Shown here in pieces: positions 47,171 through 57,300 of a stretch of DNA of 64,000 nucleotides. A model generated the notes under the pieces. The model saw only the letters and a list, made by a program, of their open reading frames with translations. It did not search any database and was not told where the DNA came from. The first letter of the stretch is position 1. The number at the start of each line of letters is the position of its first letter. This DNA is from Myxococcota bacterium (lineage in GTDB: Bacteria > Myxococcota_A > UBA9160 > SZUA-336). The position numbers and the translations under genes are program-made. Location of the stretch: positions 1,600,001 to 1,664,000 of the forward strand of contig CBDFGR010000003.1 of assembly GCA_965247115.1 (NCBI GenBank). The letters are read 5' to 3'.

Positions 47171-48250
47171 TCACTCTTGCGGAGTCTCGAGCCAGGCTTG
47201 GAAGAGCTCGTACGCGAGAACCAGGATGACGGCACCTGAGAAGAGACCGATGATGCCGGATGCAATGAACCCCCCGATGGCCCCGATGAAGATAACCAGC
47301 ATGGGAGCCTCGACCCCCCGCCCCATGAGCATCGGCTTGAGGAAGTTGTCCAGAAGCATGACCGGCACGCTCCACAGCGTGAGCAGGATGGAGGTCCCCG
47401 TACTGTCCGTGAACCAGACATAGACGATGATGGGAACCATCACGATTCCGATCGGGAGCTGCACGACGCCGAGCAACAGACAGAGCAGCGCCCAGAAGGC
47501 TGTGCCCGGAACACCTGCCGCGAGGAATCCGGCGGCCGCCAGCGCCGACTGGATCACGGCCACGCCGATGACGCCCGATGCGACGCCGCGCACCGTCTGC
47601 CCGGCGAGCTGGGCGAAACCCACTCCGCGTTCGGGTGCGAGCCGGACAAAGAGCTGTCGCGCGAGGCGCTCGCCTGCTTCGGCGTTGGCCAGCAAGACGC
47701 CTGAGATGATGATCGACAGCGTGAAGTGGACGACGCCGATCCCCGCCGACGCGACGGCGCTCACGATCCATTTGCCTACCACCTTGAGCTGGGCGTCCAG
47801 CGAGCGGAGCGCTTCTCTCAGGTTCGAGTGAGCCAGCGACCAGTACTCGTGCACAGTCTCACCGATAACGGGCCAATCGGCGACGCTCCCGGGCGGTGCC
47901 GGAACGTAGATGTTGCCACTATTGATCTGATTCGCTGCGCTGCCGCCCCACTCGATGAGCGCTCTCGTGAGCGGGATAGTGGGTGTGATCACTAGCAGCA
48001 GCGCCAGAATTGTGAATACGCTTGCCGCGAGCACGTGTCGTCCTCCGAGCCAGCCCTGCAGGCGACGGAAGACGGGGTAGACAGCGATCGCGATGATGGT
48101 CCCCCAGAGGACCGGGGAGATGAAGGGCGCGATGATCTCGAACACCCAGAAGGCGAGGATCGCGATCGCACCGATTCGAATCGCGGCCTCGATGCTCCGA
48201 CCGACTACGACGTCGGATCCCGCTCGGGTCTCTACTTCAGAGCTACTCAT
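47171..48250 (-). CDS. AI-2E family transporter
   Basis: PF..PVLWG.IIAIA.YP, L.DWPVIG, DNFLKP.LMGRG..PMLVIFIGAIGG. Confidence 0.92.
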   Translation of the reverse strand: MSSSEVETRAGSDVVVGRSIEAAIRIGAIAILAFWVFEIIAPFISPVLWGTIIAIAVYPVFRRLQGWLGGRHVLAASVFTILALLLVITPTIPLTRALIEWGGSAANQINSGNIYVPAPPGSVADWPVIGETVHEYWSLAHSNLREALRSLDAQLKVVGKWIVSAVASAGIGVVHFTLSIIISGVLLANAEAGERLARQLFVRLAPERGVGFAQLAGQTVRGVASGVIGVAVIQSALAAAGFLAAGVPGTAFWALLCLLLGVVQLPIGIVMVPIIVYVWFTDSTGTSILLTLWSVPVMLLDNFLKPMLMGRGVEAPMLVIFIGAIGGFIASGIIGLFSGAVILVLAYELFQAWLETPQE

Positions 48251-48984
48251 TAGACGGCGTCTGCGAAGACCCTTCCTCGCTCGAGGAGACCGATCGTGCT
48301 CGCCTTGAACGAGTCGAGGATTGAAGCGAACGGTTCGGCGTCGCCACGAGACAGTAGATCGCGGCAGAATACCACGGCAACGAGCATGTGGTCGCCAAAG
48401 TACGCGCCGCCGAGACCGAACACACTCTTCACGCCGTACTTTGTGACGAACTCCTGAGCGGCGATGATCTTGCGCCCCTCCTGGTCGGTCGTCTCCGCCG
48501 CGTTCTCGACGAAGAACAGGCCCGCCGAGCTTCCCAGCTTCTCAACGATGTCGCTATCTCGCGTGTCCACCCATGTGAGCGGCACGCCGAGCTCCTTCAA
48601 GAGTCGCGAGATCATGGGGATCGCATCGACGAAGGTCGACGAGATCAGGGGGATGCCGACGTGACCCTCCGAGTTGCGCCGATCGTTCCACTGACTCTCC
48701 TGACCGGACGACCCGATCAGCGACAAGACCGCCGTTCGATCCTCCAGCTCGGAGGCGCCCTCGCCGGCAAGGGTCCGGACGAATCCCTGGTTCGATGTGG
48801 GCAGTGTCGACAGCGGGACGGTGAGGAAGGCCCGTGCGAGAACGATCGAGTCGGCGTACTCCGTATGGAGCGCTGTGATCAATGACTGCGCGGCTCCCTC
48901 CAGCGTCGGTGATCGCTTGACCTCCGGCTCGATGCGGTCCCAGAGATCGCGAAGCGTCGACGAGGTTGCCTGGCCAATCTTCAT
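48250..48984 (-). CDS. Conserved hypothetical protein (possible GAF-like sensor domain)
   Basis: Clean ORF with typical codon use and an SD. Motifs LARAFLT, WNDRRNSEGHVGIPL, IPMISRL, FV..YGVKSVFGLGG. Confidence 0.7.
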   Translation of the reverse strand: MKIGQATSSTLRDLWDRIEPEVKRSPTLEGAAQSLITALHTEYADSIVLARAFLTVPLSTLPTSNQGFVRTLAGEGASELEDRTAVLSLIGSSGQESQWNDRRNSEGHVGIPLISSTFVDAIPMISRLLKELGVPLTWVDTRDSDIVEKLGSSAGLFFVENAAETTDQEGRKIIAAQEFVTKYGVKSVFGLGGAYFGDHMLVAVVFCRDLLSRGDAEPFASILDSFKASTIGLLERGRVFADAV

Positions 48985-48999
48985 TGCGAGCTCCTCTGC

Positions 49000-49687
49000 G
49001 TCCCTGCGACCCCGCTATTCTACTCGCACGTCATCCCTGCGGGATTTCGCACTCCCCGCGGAGTACGCGCTCCACGGAGTCACCCTTGGCGTGTTCGAAT
49101 CCGTGGCGGTGGAGGCGGAGGCCGAGGTCCGGAAGGCGTTCCTCGAGGCTCGGCGTGTACTCGAGCAACTGGGCGCGAGCGTGTTGGACCTCGGCGACTG
49201 TGGTCTCGACCTCCTCGAGCTCGTTCGCGACGCTGTGGTTCTCTGCGCCGCGGATCTGGCGGACGCGCTGGCCGAGGAGCCGGCCTCGAGCTCCGAGGAC
49301 CTGTCGCCGGCCATGCGGCAGGTGGTCGACTGGGGCACGAGCCTGAGCGCGGTGGACCTCGCGGCTGCCCGGCGGAGGCTTGGCGATGCGCAGGTCCGCG
49401 TGAGGGAACTGTTCCGCCACGCGCAGGCTCTGATCCTGCCGACGGCGCCGCTCAGCGCCCTGCCTTTCGAGAAGGCGGATGAGATCGATCCCGACTCTAC
49501 GCTCTTCGTCGGCTGGGTGAACGTGGCCCGAGCGGCTGCAACGAGCGTTCCCATGGGAATGACGGCGTAGGGACTTCCGCTCGGGCTTCAGGTCGTGGCG
49601 CCCGAATTCCAGGACCCGCTCACGCTGCGCATCGCCCAGGCCTATGAGAGCATGGCCAACCACCAGATTCGGCCTCGCGGCTTCTAA
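49000..49687 (+). pseudogene. Amidase C-terminal remnant with internal TAG
   Basis: LEQLGA, ALILPTAP, NVARAAATSVPMG-MTA-*-GLPLGLQVVA...LRIAQAYE. TAG at 49568-49570, TAA at 49685-49687. The catalytic N-half is absent and the start coordinate is approximate. Confidence 0.8.
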
Positions 49688-49702
49688 GTCAAGGAGAACA
49701 CC

Positions 49703-50650
49703 ATGACGGAATCGTATCCCCAGGAACCGGGCACGTCGTTCAGCGGGCGCAGCTTGTTAAACGCAGCACGGAAGTCGCTCGACGATGGAGTGGACGTGGC
49801 GCTGTTCGGCATCCCCTTTCACGGCGGCACGTTCGGCCGAGAGGGCTCCCGTCACGGGCCCGAGCAAATGCGTCAGATGTCGCACAACATCAGAGCACTG
49901 AACCTCGCGACAAGGGTGGCGCCCTTCGAGCTCTGTCGCGTCGCCGACATCGGCGACGTCTCCGTGACGGCGGTCGATCCCCCGGGATCCCTCGAGAGTA
50001 TTACCGCCTTCTGCAAGGAGGTCTGCGCCGCCGGAGCGCTGCCCCTGGCCGCGGGAGGGGACCACACGATTGCCCTTCCCATGCTGCGAGGCGTCGCCAG
50101 CGTGAATGGGCCGGTTGGTGTCGTTCACTTCGATGCGCATCCGGACACGATGGATCTCGGAGACGATTTCGGCTCCCGTTACAACTACGCGACACCGTTC
50201 CGGAGGGCGGTCGAGGAGGGTCTGGAGGACCCCACCAGGCACGTCATGATCGGCATCCGAGGGACCATGGTGAACGACCTGGAGGCCTACGAGTGGGCCG
50301 AGAAGCAGGGCATGACGATCCTGTGGATGGACGAGTGCTTCGAGCTGGGCGCAAAAGGCATCGTCGCGAAGATCCGCAGTGTGATCGGCGATCACCCCAC
50401 TCATATCACCGTGGACATTGACGGCATCGATCCGACCGACATGCCAGGAACCGGCTCGCCCGAGCCAGGTGGACTGCGCATGATCGACATGCAGATGATC
50501 TTCCGCGGGATGCGCGGGATGAACCTCGTGGGCGCCGACATCAACGAGATCTGCCCACCTCTGGATCCTTCGGGTCAGACCGCACTGAATGCCGCCCACC
50601 TCATGTTCGAGATGCTCTGCCTCCTGGCGGAACGACGAGCGAACGGCTGA
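49703..50650 (+). CDS. Ureohydrolase (agmatinase/guanidino-acid hydrolase family)
   Basis: GSRHGP, GGDHTI, HFDAHPD, DIDGIDP..PGTGSPEPGG, GADINE. Confidence 0.92.
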   Translation: MTESYPQEPGTSFSGRSLLNAARKSLDDGVDVALFGIPFHGGTFGREGSRHGPEQMRQMSHNIRALNLATRVAPFELCRVADIGDVSVTAVDPPGSLESITAFCKEVCAAGALPLAAGGDHTIALPMLRGVASVNGPVGVVHFDAHPDTMDLGDDFGSRYNYATPFRRAVEEGLEDPTRHVMIGIRGTMVNDLEAYEWAEKQGMTILWMDECFELGAKGIVAKIRSVIGDHPTHITVDIDGIDPTDMPGTGSPEPGGLRMIDMQMIFRGMRGMNLVGADINEICPPLDPSGQTALNAAHLMFEMLCLLAERRANG

Positions 50651-50666
50651 GGGGAGAGGAGACAAC

Positions 50667-51605
50667 ATGCCGGAAGCGAAGTCCCGAGAGTTCACGTATT
50701 ACCTCGACGGGAAGTACGTGCCCACGAGCGAGGCGAGGGTCTTTGTCCTCGATCCCGTCTGCCACGGCGATAGCGTCTTCGATACGGCCCGGACCGTCGG
50801 GAGGGACCGCATCTTCCGGGTCGATGACCACCTGGAAAGGCTCTACGCCTCCTGCCGGGCTGCCGAGCTCGAGCCCCGCGAGAGCCCGGCCGAGCTGAAG
50901 GACGTCTTCCTGGAGCTGGTGGAACGAAACCGGGACCTGCTTGCCGAGAACGACGACGCGTGGATCCTGCCCCGCGTCTCGGCGAAGGGCCTGGAGGAAA
51001 CCTCGACGCTGGTGGCGTTCATCCCGCTGCCCTTCCGACGCTACGCGCCTTTCTTCAAGCTCGGCACGCACCTGGTGGTTCCCACGGTCCGGCACGTACC
51101 GCCGCAGTGCATGGATCCCAAGATCAAGTACGACGCGCGCCTCTTCATGCACATTGGCGACCGGGAGGCGCGGCGGATCGACCCGGACTCGCGGACGCTC
51201 CTGCTCGACATCGACGGCAACGTGGCCGAGCTGACCGACGCGAACCTCTTCATCGTCAAGAACGGTGAGGTCGTGACGCCGCCGCCGCGGAACACACTCC
51301 CCGGCGTGAGCAAGGCCGTCGTGCTGGAGCTGTGTGAGAGCCTCGGCATTCCGGCGGCCGAGCGGGACTTCCAGCTCTTCGACGTGTACAACGCCGACGA
51401 GGTGTTCCAGACCGGGACGAGCTACCGAATGCTCCCTGTTTCCCGCGTGAACCAGCGCCACCTCTGGACGTCGGTGCCCGGCCCGATCACGGGCCAGCTC
51501 CTCGAGGCCTACAGCAAAGAGCTCGGCCTGGATATCGCGGAGCAGTACATGAGCCATCTCGCTTCTGGGGAGAGGGTGGCCCTGCAAGCGAAGATCGCTG
51601 GCTAG
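50667..51605 (+). CDS. Class IV PLP-dependent aminotransferase (BCAT/DAAT/ADC lyase fold)
   Basis: HGDSVFDTART, HLERL..S, PKIK, E...ANLF, LPGVS, ADEVF.TGT. Confidence 0.88.
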   Translation: MPEAKSREFTYYLDGKYVPTSEARVFVLDPVCHGDSVFDTARTVGRDRIFRVDDHLERLYASCRAAELEPRESPAELKDVFLELVERNRDLLAENDDAWILPRVSAKGLEETSTLVAFIPLPFRRYAPFFKLGTHLVVPTVRHVPPQCMDPKIKYDARLFMHIGDREARRIDPDSRTLLLDIDGNVAELTDANLFIVKNGEVVTPPPRNTLPGVSKAVVLELCESLGIPAAERDFQLFDVYNADEVFQTGTSYRMLPVSRVNQRHLWTSVPGPITGQLLEAYSKELGLDIAEQYMSHLASGERVALQAKIAG

Positions 51606-52823
51606 ATGTCCGTGACCGCTCCTGGACCGTTCGGAGATCAGCCGTACAGCACTCGCAGCGTGGTTGGAGCGGCCGCCTACCTGAGTGGCATTGGGAGCCT
51701 GTTCGGAAACGTAGCGCCCATCGTGTTTGGAGCGATGGCCGAGCATCTGGCCATCGGGAATCGGCGAGTCGGCTATCTGGCGTCGGCGCTGATCGTCTCG
51801 GGCGCTGTCAGGGTCACTGCCCCGATCTGGATTCGTCGGGTCAACTGGCGGAAGCTGAGCGCAGGCGCCACGCTGATCGGTGCAGTCATCCTCGCGGCCG
51901 CGGGGTTTACGCACTCCTACTGGTACGCCTTGCTGGCCGTTGGGCTCTATGGCCTCATGGACGCTTTGTACAGCTCCGTCGCCTACGCCGCCCTGGGCGA
52001 CTCGTCGAATCCGGAACGAGCCTACGCCATCTCGATCGTGGCCTCGATGGTGCTGGCGGCGCTGACAGCGCTCGCCCTCACGAATCTGGCAGCACCGCGC
52101 TTTGGCTACGCGGGGATCATGCTGGTATTCGCATGCATCGTCTTGACCGGTGCGCTCGTCGTCCCGTTCCTGCCGGGACGCGGAGAGGCGGTGGATGGGG
52201 GGGGTCCCGTTTCGAGCTCCTCGGCCATCACCTGGGCCGGGATCGGCCGCCTCCTGGTGGCGATGCTGGCAGCGGTCGTGTTCCTGAGCGGAATCTTTGC
52301 GGTGTGGGTGTTCTCCGAACGCTACGGCTCGAGCGTCGGTATCGAGCTGGAGTTCATCGGGCTCAGTCTCATGATCGCCTCACTGGTGACCGCAGGTTCA
52401 GCACTTCTCGCCGCGTTCATGGGTGGCAGAGGGCACACGGTGCTGGTGACTGCCACCGGGGTTGCGATCGTGGTCAGCAGCCTCGTCCTGCTGGAGCGCG
52501 GGACGGCGGCGAGCTTCCTCGTGGGCTTGAGCCTCTTCAGCTTTGGTTGGGGCCTCGCTCAGCCCTTCTATCCGGCCGTTGTCAGGCTGGTGGACTCCTC
52601 GGGACGCCTGTTCACGGCTTCACCGGCAGTGGTGAGCATCGGTGCAGCAGCCGGCCTTGCATTGGGCGGGAGCATCGTCGAGTGGTACGGGTTCCGGGCG
52701 CTGCTCGTTGCGAGCGCGACCGCGCTCATAGCGAGCGTAGGGTTGATGGCGATCTCTCTCCGGTGGTCCCAGGTAGCCGCGGCAGACAGGGAGACGATCA
52801 CAGAGATGGAGAGATCGGCATGA
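51606..52823 (+). CDS. MFS transporter
   Basis: About 12 TM segments, NPERAY, VWVFSER.G. Confidence 0.8.
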   Translation: MSVTAPGPFGDQPYSTRSVVGAAAYLSGIGSLFGNVAPIVFGAMAEHLAIGNRRVGYLASALIVSGAVRVTAPIWIRRVNWRKLSAGATLIGAVILAAAGFTHSYWYALLAVGLYGLMDALYSSVAYAALGDSSNPERAYAISIVASMVLAALTALALTNLAAPRFGYAGIMLVFACIVLTGALVVPFLPGRGEAVDGGGPVSSSSAITWAGIGRLLVAMLAAVVFLSGIFAVWVFSERYGSSVGIELEFIGLSLMIASLVTAGSALLAAFMGGRGHTVLVTATGVAIVVSSLVLLERGTAASFLVGLSLFSFGWGLAQPFYPAVVRLVDSSGRLFTASPAVVSIGAAAGLALGGSIVEWYGFRALLVASATALIASVGLMAISLRWSQVAAADRETITEMERSA

Positions 52824-53445
52824 GTCGAGGATCCGCGAGGCCAAGCGCGGCCGTCTCCAAGAAGACCAGCCCTCGACCCTATCGTGGCCGCCCCCGCCGC
52901 GACGGCCGCCTGCCCCTGTCCGCACAGGACATCCTCCGCGTGGCCCTGCGAAGGTTCGCAGCGAGCGGGTATGCGACGACCAGTGTGCGACAGATTGCCG
53001 AGGAGCTCGGCGTCTTCCCGGCCTCCATCTACAATCACTTCGGCAGCAAAGAGGCGATGCTGGATGCGTGCTTCTCGGCGGGGGTTCTTCGCGCCGAGGC
53101 GGACTATAGCGTTTCTTCTTGCTGCCGGAGATCAGAGAGAAGCCCTTGCCCGGGGTCACTGCGCTCTGGGATGAGATTTGCGGGACATACGAGGAAGTCA
53201 TCAAAGCTGGCATCGAGGAGGGCGCGTTCGTCGACGTCCCGTCACGGGTCACTGCCGAGCACTTCTTCTCACTGACGCTCACCGTCCTGGCATCGTTCAG
53301 GCCAGAGGGTTTGGGCGCAGCACGTGAGCAAGCGACCGCAGCTGCGGACCTCGCGCTCCGGTCCCTCCTGGTGCGCCCCAGTCGATTGAACGCCATCCGA
53401 CGGAGAGCGGCAAAGCTGGAGCTGACTCCAAGGAAGCAAGCTTGA
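52820..53445 (+). pseudogene. TetR-family regulator, frameshifted near 53100-53115
   Basis: HTH ILRVALRRFAASGYATTSVRQIAEELGV..SIYNHFGSKE in one frame. C-terminal LLPEIR...YEEVIKAGIEEGAF in another frame (ORF 53119-53445). Confidence 0.78.
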
Positions 53446-53468
53446 CGACTCGCTGAAAGGAGGCGGAC

Positions 53469-53751
53469 GTGGACACGATCGAGAGCACGTACCCGGTACG
53501 CCACAGTGGGCGTGGCGATCGCGCTCGCCTCCCTGGTAGCAAGTGCGACGCTCGCCTACTGGAGCGTCGGCGCTGCCAGCGAGAAGCCCGGACTGCTGAC
53601 GGTGACCTGGATCGTCGCCGCGGGCTTCTCCGTGACGGCAGTCGTCTTTCAAGCCCTCAAGCTGTCACCTGCCCGGCAGCTCGTACAGCAACCCGTCGCC
53701 GCGGACGCGCTGCGCACGCATCTACGCGAGCTCAGGGCAGCTCGTGACTGA
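53469..53751 (+). pseudogene. Small two-TM membrane protein, probable +1 frameshift near 53492
   Basis: Strong SD AAGGAGG before GTG 53469. Removing one C from tacccgg gives MDTIESTYRYATVGVAIALASLV..., joining ORF 53506-53751. Confidence 0.55.
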
Positions 53752-53797
53752 GAAGAAGGAACCGGCGTCAACGACAAGTAAGACGCCAGCTCACTCG

Positions 53798-54088
53798 TCA
53801 CGCGTCGAACGGCTCGGAAAACCGAAAGCTGGGGGCGCCCTCGAGCAGTGCTCCGAAATTCGCAAGAGCTCCGGTCTCCTCTCTCCAGGCCAGGTACTTG
53901 TCGTAGTGAGGCTTGGAGTCCCAGAGCTCGACGAGGACCACGGTCTGGCCGTCGTCGTTGAGGTAGGGCGTGACGGATTGACAGCCCTCGTAGGCACGCG
54001 TCTCAGGCAGGAGCTTGGCAAGAAGCCCTTTTAGCTCCTCGACAGCACCCGCCTTCGCCTTCGCTTCCAGAATCACCAACGTAGGCAT
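53798..54088 (-). CDS. Antibiotic biosynthesis monooxygenase (ABM) domain protein
   Basis: LPETRAYEGC, VLVELWDS..HY.KYL.WR..TG. AGGAG SD. Confidence 0.85.
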   Translation of the reverse strand: MPTLVILEAKAKAGAVEELKGLLAKLLPETRAYEGCQSVTPYLNDDGQTVVLVELWDSKPHYDKYLAWREETGALANFGALLEGAPSFRFSEPFDA

Positions 54089-54191
54089 CTTCTCTCTCCT
54101 CTTTGATGGATTCCCAGTACTTACCGGTCGTCTCTGGGCCATGATATCCTACTACACAGATGGACTAGTTTGGTACTCGGAGGCGGGAATT

Positions 54192-54725
54192 ATGGGCACC
54201 AGACCCGTAAGACGATTGGTGACCGGGCATGATGAAAACGGCAAGTCCAAGTTCCTCATGGATGGGGATGCGCCCTGTGTTCTGGCGATGGACAAGATGG
54301 GCAATCTGACGGTGACGGATTTGTGGGAGACGACCGATAGCCCCGCAGATAATACCGGCGAGAAAGACAACACCGATCGGCCAGTACACTTGGAGCCCGA
54401 AAAGAGAGGCACTGTCTTCCGCGTCGTGGACTTTCCGCCGGATTCAGCGTGGAAGGACGGCGCCGACGGCGGGGACGCGTTCGACCAGCTTCAGGCCCGT
54501 CACGTCGCCGACGGGGACCACAGTGATCCGGCGATGCACAAGACGGATTCGGTGGACTACGCGCTGGTGCTGGACGGCGAGATCTGGGCGGTGATGGATA
54601 CCGAGGAACGCCTCATGCGGGCGGGTGATGCGATCATTCAACGGGGAACAACTCACGCCTGGGCAAACAAGACCGATCGATTCTGCCGCATGATGTTCGT
54701 GCTGTGCGGCGCCGATCCGGTATGA
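54192..54725 (+). CDS. Cupin domain protein
   Basis: VRRLVTGHD..GKS, FRVVDFPP, MHKTDSVDY, IQRGTTHAW.N. Confidence 0.9.
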   Translation: MGTRPVRRLVTGHDENGKSKFLMDGDAPCVLAMDKMGNLTVTDLWETTDSPADNTGEKDNTDRPVHLEPEKRGTVFRVVDFPPDSAWKDGADGGDAFDQLQARHVADGDHSDPAMHKTDSVDYALVLDGEIWAVMDTEERLMRAGDAIIQRGTTHAWANKTDRFCRMMFVLCGADPV

Positions 54726-54746
54726 CGCGGATGGTGGTCCTCTCCT

Positions 54747-55592
54747 TCACAGTTTAAAGAGCCGGGCGGCGTTGCCGCCGAGCAGCTTCTCGCGTACGGC
54801 TTGTTTGAGCTCCATTTCCTGCCACTCGGCGACCGCGCGCCCGATGTCGAAGGCCGGCCAGTCGGTGCCGAAGAGGATCTGGTCCTGAAGCACGCTGTTC
54901 ATGAAGCGGTACATGACTTCCCAGCCACTGCCCGGTGCGGCGATGTACTTGGGCGAGAGGCCGCCGAACTCGAGGTAAACGTTTCTGTGCTTGCGCGCCA
55001 CGGCAACCATCTCTGCAGTCCATGGCCAGCCGGCGTGGCAGGCGACCAGATCGAGCTCAGGAAACGCGCATGCAATCTCGTCCAAGAGCATCGGGTGGTC
55101 ATTTCCAAACGGGAGGGTCGTGCCATAGTTGATGCCGGTATGAACAAAGACAACAAGACCCAGCTCTGCCGCCTTGGCGTAAACCGGATAAAAGCGGCTG
55201 TCGTTGATCCCCAGATGGAAGAATGCCGGTTGAATATTGACGCCGAGAAATCCCCGCTGGGCGCATTCCGCGACCTGAGCAACGGTGCGCATGATATGCG
55301 CAGACTGCTGCTGCGACACCGTCCCGACGCCCCGATAGCGCGGTTCATCGGCGACCATGTCGCTCACGGCCAGATTCATCTGATCGGCGTACTCGCCGAA
55401 TTCGAATTCGGCGTGGACCAGCGCGATGTCCACTTTGTATTCGTCTAACGCAGCCTCGAGTTCCGCGCGACCTGCGTCATCGCGATCGAATACGTCGAGC
55501 ACAGCACCATAGCCCTCCACCAGCTCGGGCGGCCGATCGTGCGTGTCATCGCGAAGATCGACCGGGAGGCGCACTCGGGCATCGACAAGCAT
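54747..55592 (-). CDS. Amidohydrolase_2 family protein
   Basis: YPVYAKA.ELG..V..HTG, FPEL.LVACHAGWPW, ILFGTDWP, LLGGNAARL. Confidence 0.88.
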   Translation of the reverse strand: MLVDARVRLPVDLRDDTHDRPPELVEGYGAVLDVFDRDDAGRAELEAALDEYKVDIALVHAEFEFGEYADQMNLAVSDMVADEPRYRGVGTVSQQQSAHIMRTVAQVAECAQRGFLGVNIQPAFFHLGINDSRFYPVYAKAAELGLVVFVHTGINYGTTLPFGNDHPMLLDEIACAFPELDLVACHAGWPWTAEMVAVARKHRNVYLEFGGLSPKYIAAPGSGWEVMYRFMNSVLQDQILFGTDWPAFDIGRAVAEWQEMELKQAVREKLLGGNAARLFKL

Positions 55593-55675
55593 GTGTTCCT
55601 GCAGGATAGGGGGAACGGGTCTCTGTCGCCGACCATGGTACCTCATAACAGCGCCCATCCGGGCAAGATATCTCC

Positions 55676-57300
55676 ATGGCCGAAGCTGACACGAAAACGG
55701 CTACACTGTCCCCGAAAGCGCCCGGTACCACAACGCTACCGGCTGCCTCTGACAAACGACTGGCACTCGACGTTTTCGAGGAGCAGCTTCGCGCGTCTCC
55801 GCGCAGAGACTTCTTCGCTTTCGCGAAGGCAAGTACACCTATTCGGAATTCGCCGAGGCCTACCTCAGGCTCGCTGGCCGCATGGCGGCGTATGGCATAT
55901 CGCGCCACGACATAGTGCCGACCTTCTTTCCAAACAGCGGACCGGCTGTCGAGGTCTGGTTTGCGCTGATGCACCTTGGCGCGGTGTGGGCGCCGGTGAA
56001 TACGGAGTTTCGCGGGGAGCAGCTCATCCGCGCGCTTAATCTGATGGAATCGGACACACTGATCGTCGATGCGCCCTATCTCGGCCAGATCATCGACGTG
56101 CTGCCGCTTTTGACGCACGTCAAGAGGATCGTCGTGCACGGCTCCGATAAAGTGCTGACAGACGATAAGGTCGAGTTCGCAGGCTACGAGCAGTTACCCG
56201 ACGGAGAGGCACCAGCCCGTACGGACATCGAGCGTGCCGAAGTGGCGGTGATTCAATTCACCTCGGGCTCGACGGGCGTTTCCAAGGCCGTGCAACTCTC
56301 TCACGGCTATCTGATTGGGCAGGGGAGGATGGTCGCCCAGGTCTTCGGGCTCAACCAAGATGACGTGCTGTTCTGCCCGTTCCCGTTGTACCATTGGGAT
56401 GCCACCGTCGGCACGGTAGTGGCCGCGCTCAGTAGTGGCTGCACGGCGGCCCTCGCACCAAAGTTCAGCGTATCGCGCTTCTGGGAGGACATTCGCTATT
56501 TCGGTGCCACGGTGTTCGACTTCATGGGTGCGACGCTGACGTTCCTCTACCGCTTGCACGAGCGTCCGGACGACGGCGACAATCCCGTACGTCTCGCCTG
56601 GGGCGTGCCGATGCCCGAATTCAAGGCCGCCTTCGAGCGCCGTTTCGACCTCACGCTGATCGAAGGCTACGGCAGCACCGAGGGTGGCATCGCCGTATTC
56701 CAGTCCCCGGACAAGCGCTATCCCGAGAGCAGCTGTGGAGAGGTCTTGCCAGGTTGGAATCTCAAGATCCTCGATGACGTTGGCAACGAAGTGCCAGCGG
56801 GTGAAGTAGGCGAGATAGTCAGCAAGCCGGACGATCCGACCCAGATGATGAACGGCTATTTGAAGTTGACCGACGTGAACGCCGAGCTCATCCGCGACGG
56901 TTGGTATCTCACAGGTGATCTTGGCCGGGTCGATGAGGCGGGCTGTCTGTACTTCGCTGGACGCAAGAAGGATGTCATTCGCCGCCGTGGCGAGAACATG
57001 TCGGCGCTCGAGATCGAAACCGCAGTCGGCAGCCACTCGGCCGTCATGGAGGTCGCAGCCTATGGCGTGCCCAGCGAGTTCTCGGAGGAGGAAGTCGCTG
57101 TCGCGATCGTCATTCGAGAAGGTTCGGCGCTCACAAAGCAAGAGGTGCTGGACCACTGCGAAGGCAAGATGGCACGTTACATGATCCCCGAGCACATCCT
57201 GTTTCTCGACAAGCTGCCGAAGACGCCGACACAGAAGGTCGCCAAGGCCGATCTCAAGAGACTACACGCGGACATCATCCAGGAGGGCAAATCCGCATGA
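55676..57300 (+). pseudogene. Acyl-CoA ligase (crotonobetaine/carnitine-CoA ligase CaiC-like), frameshift near 55820
   Basis: FTSGSTGVSK, GYGSTE, WYLTGDLG, GRKKDVIRRRGEN, LPKT..QK. The N-terminus (MAEADT...DFFAF) is in a different frame from EGKYTYSEF.... The lesion may be a sequencing indel. Confidence 0.8.

Noticed and set aside
49568..49570. Pyrrolysine or programmed amber read-through in the amidase
   Set aside because: The gene also lacks its catalytic N-half and the TAG is at a variable loop position. A nonsense mutation or sequencing error is simpler.
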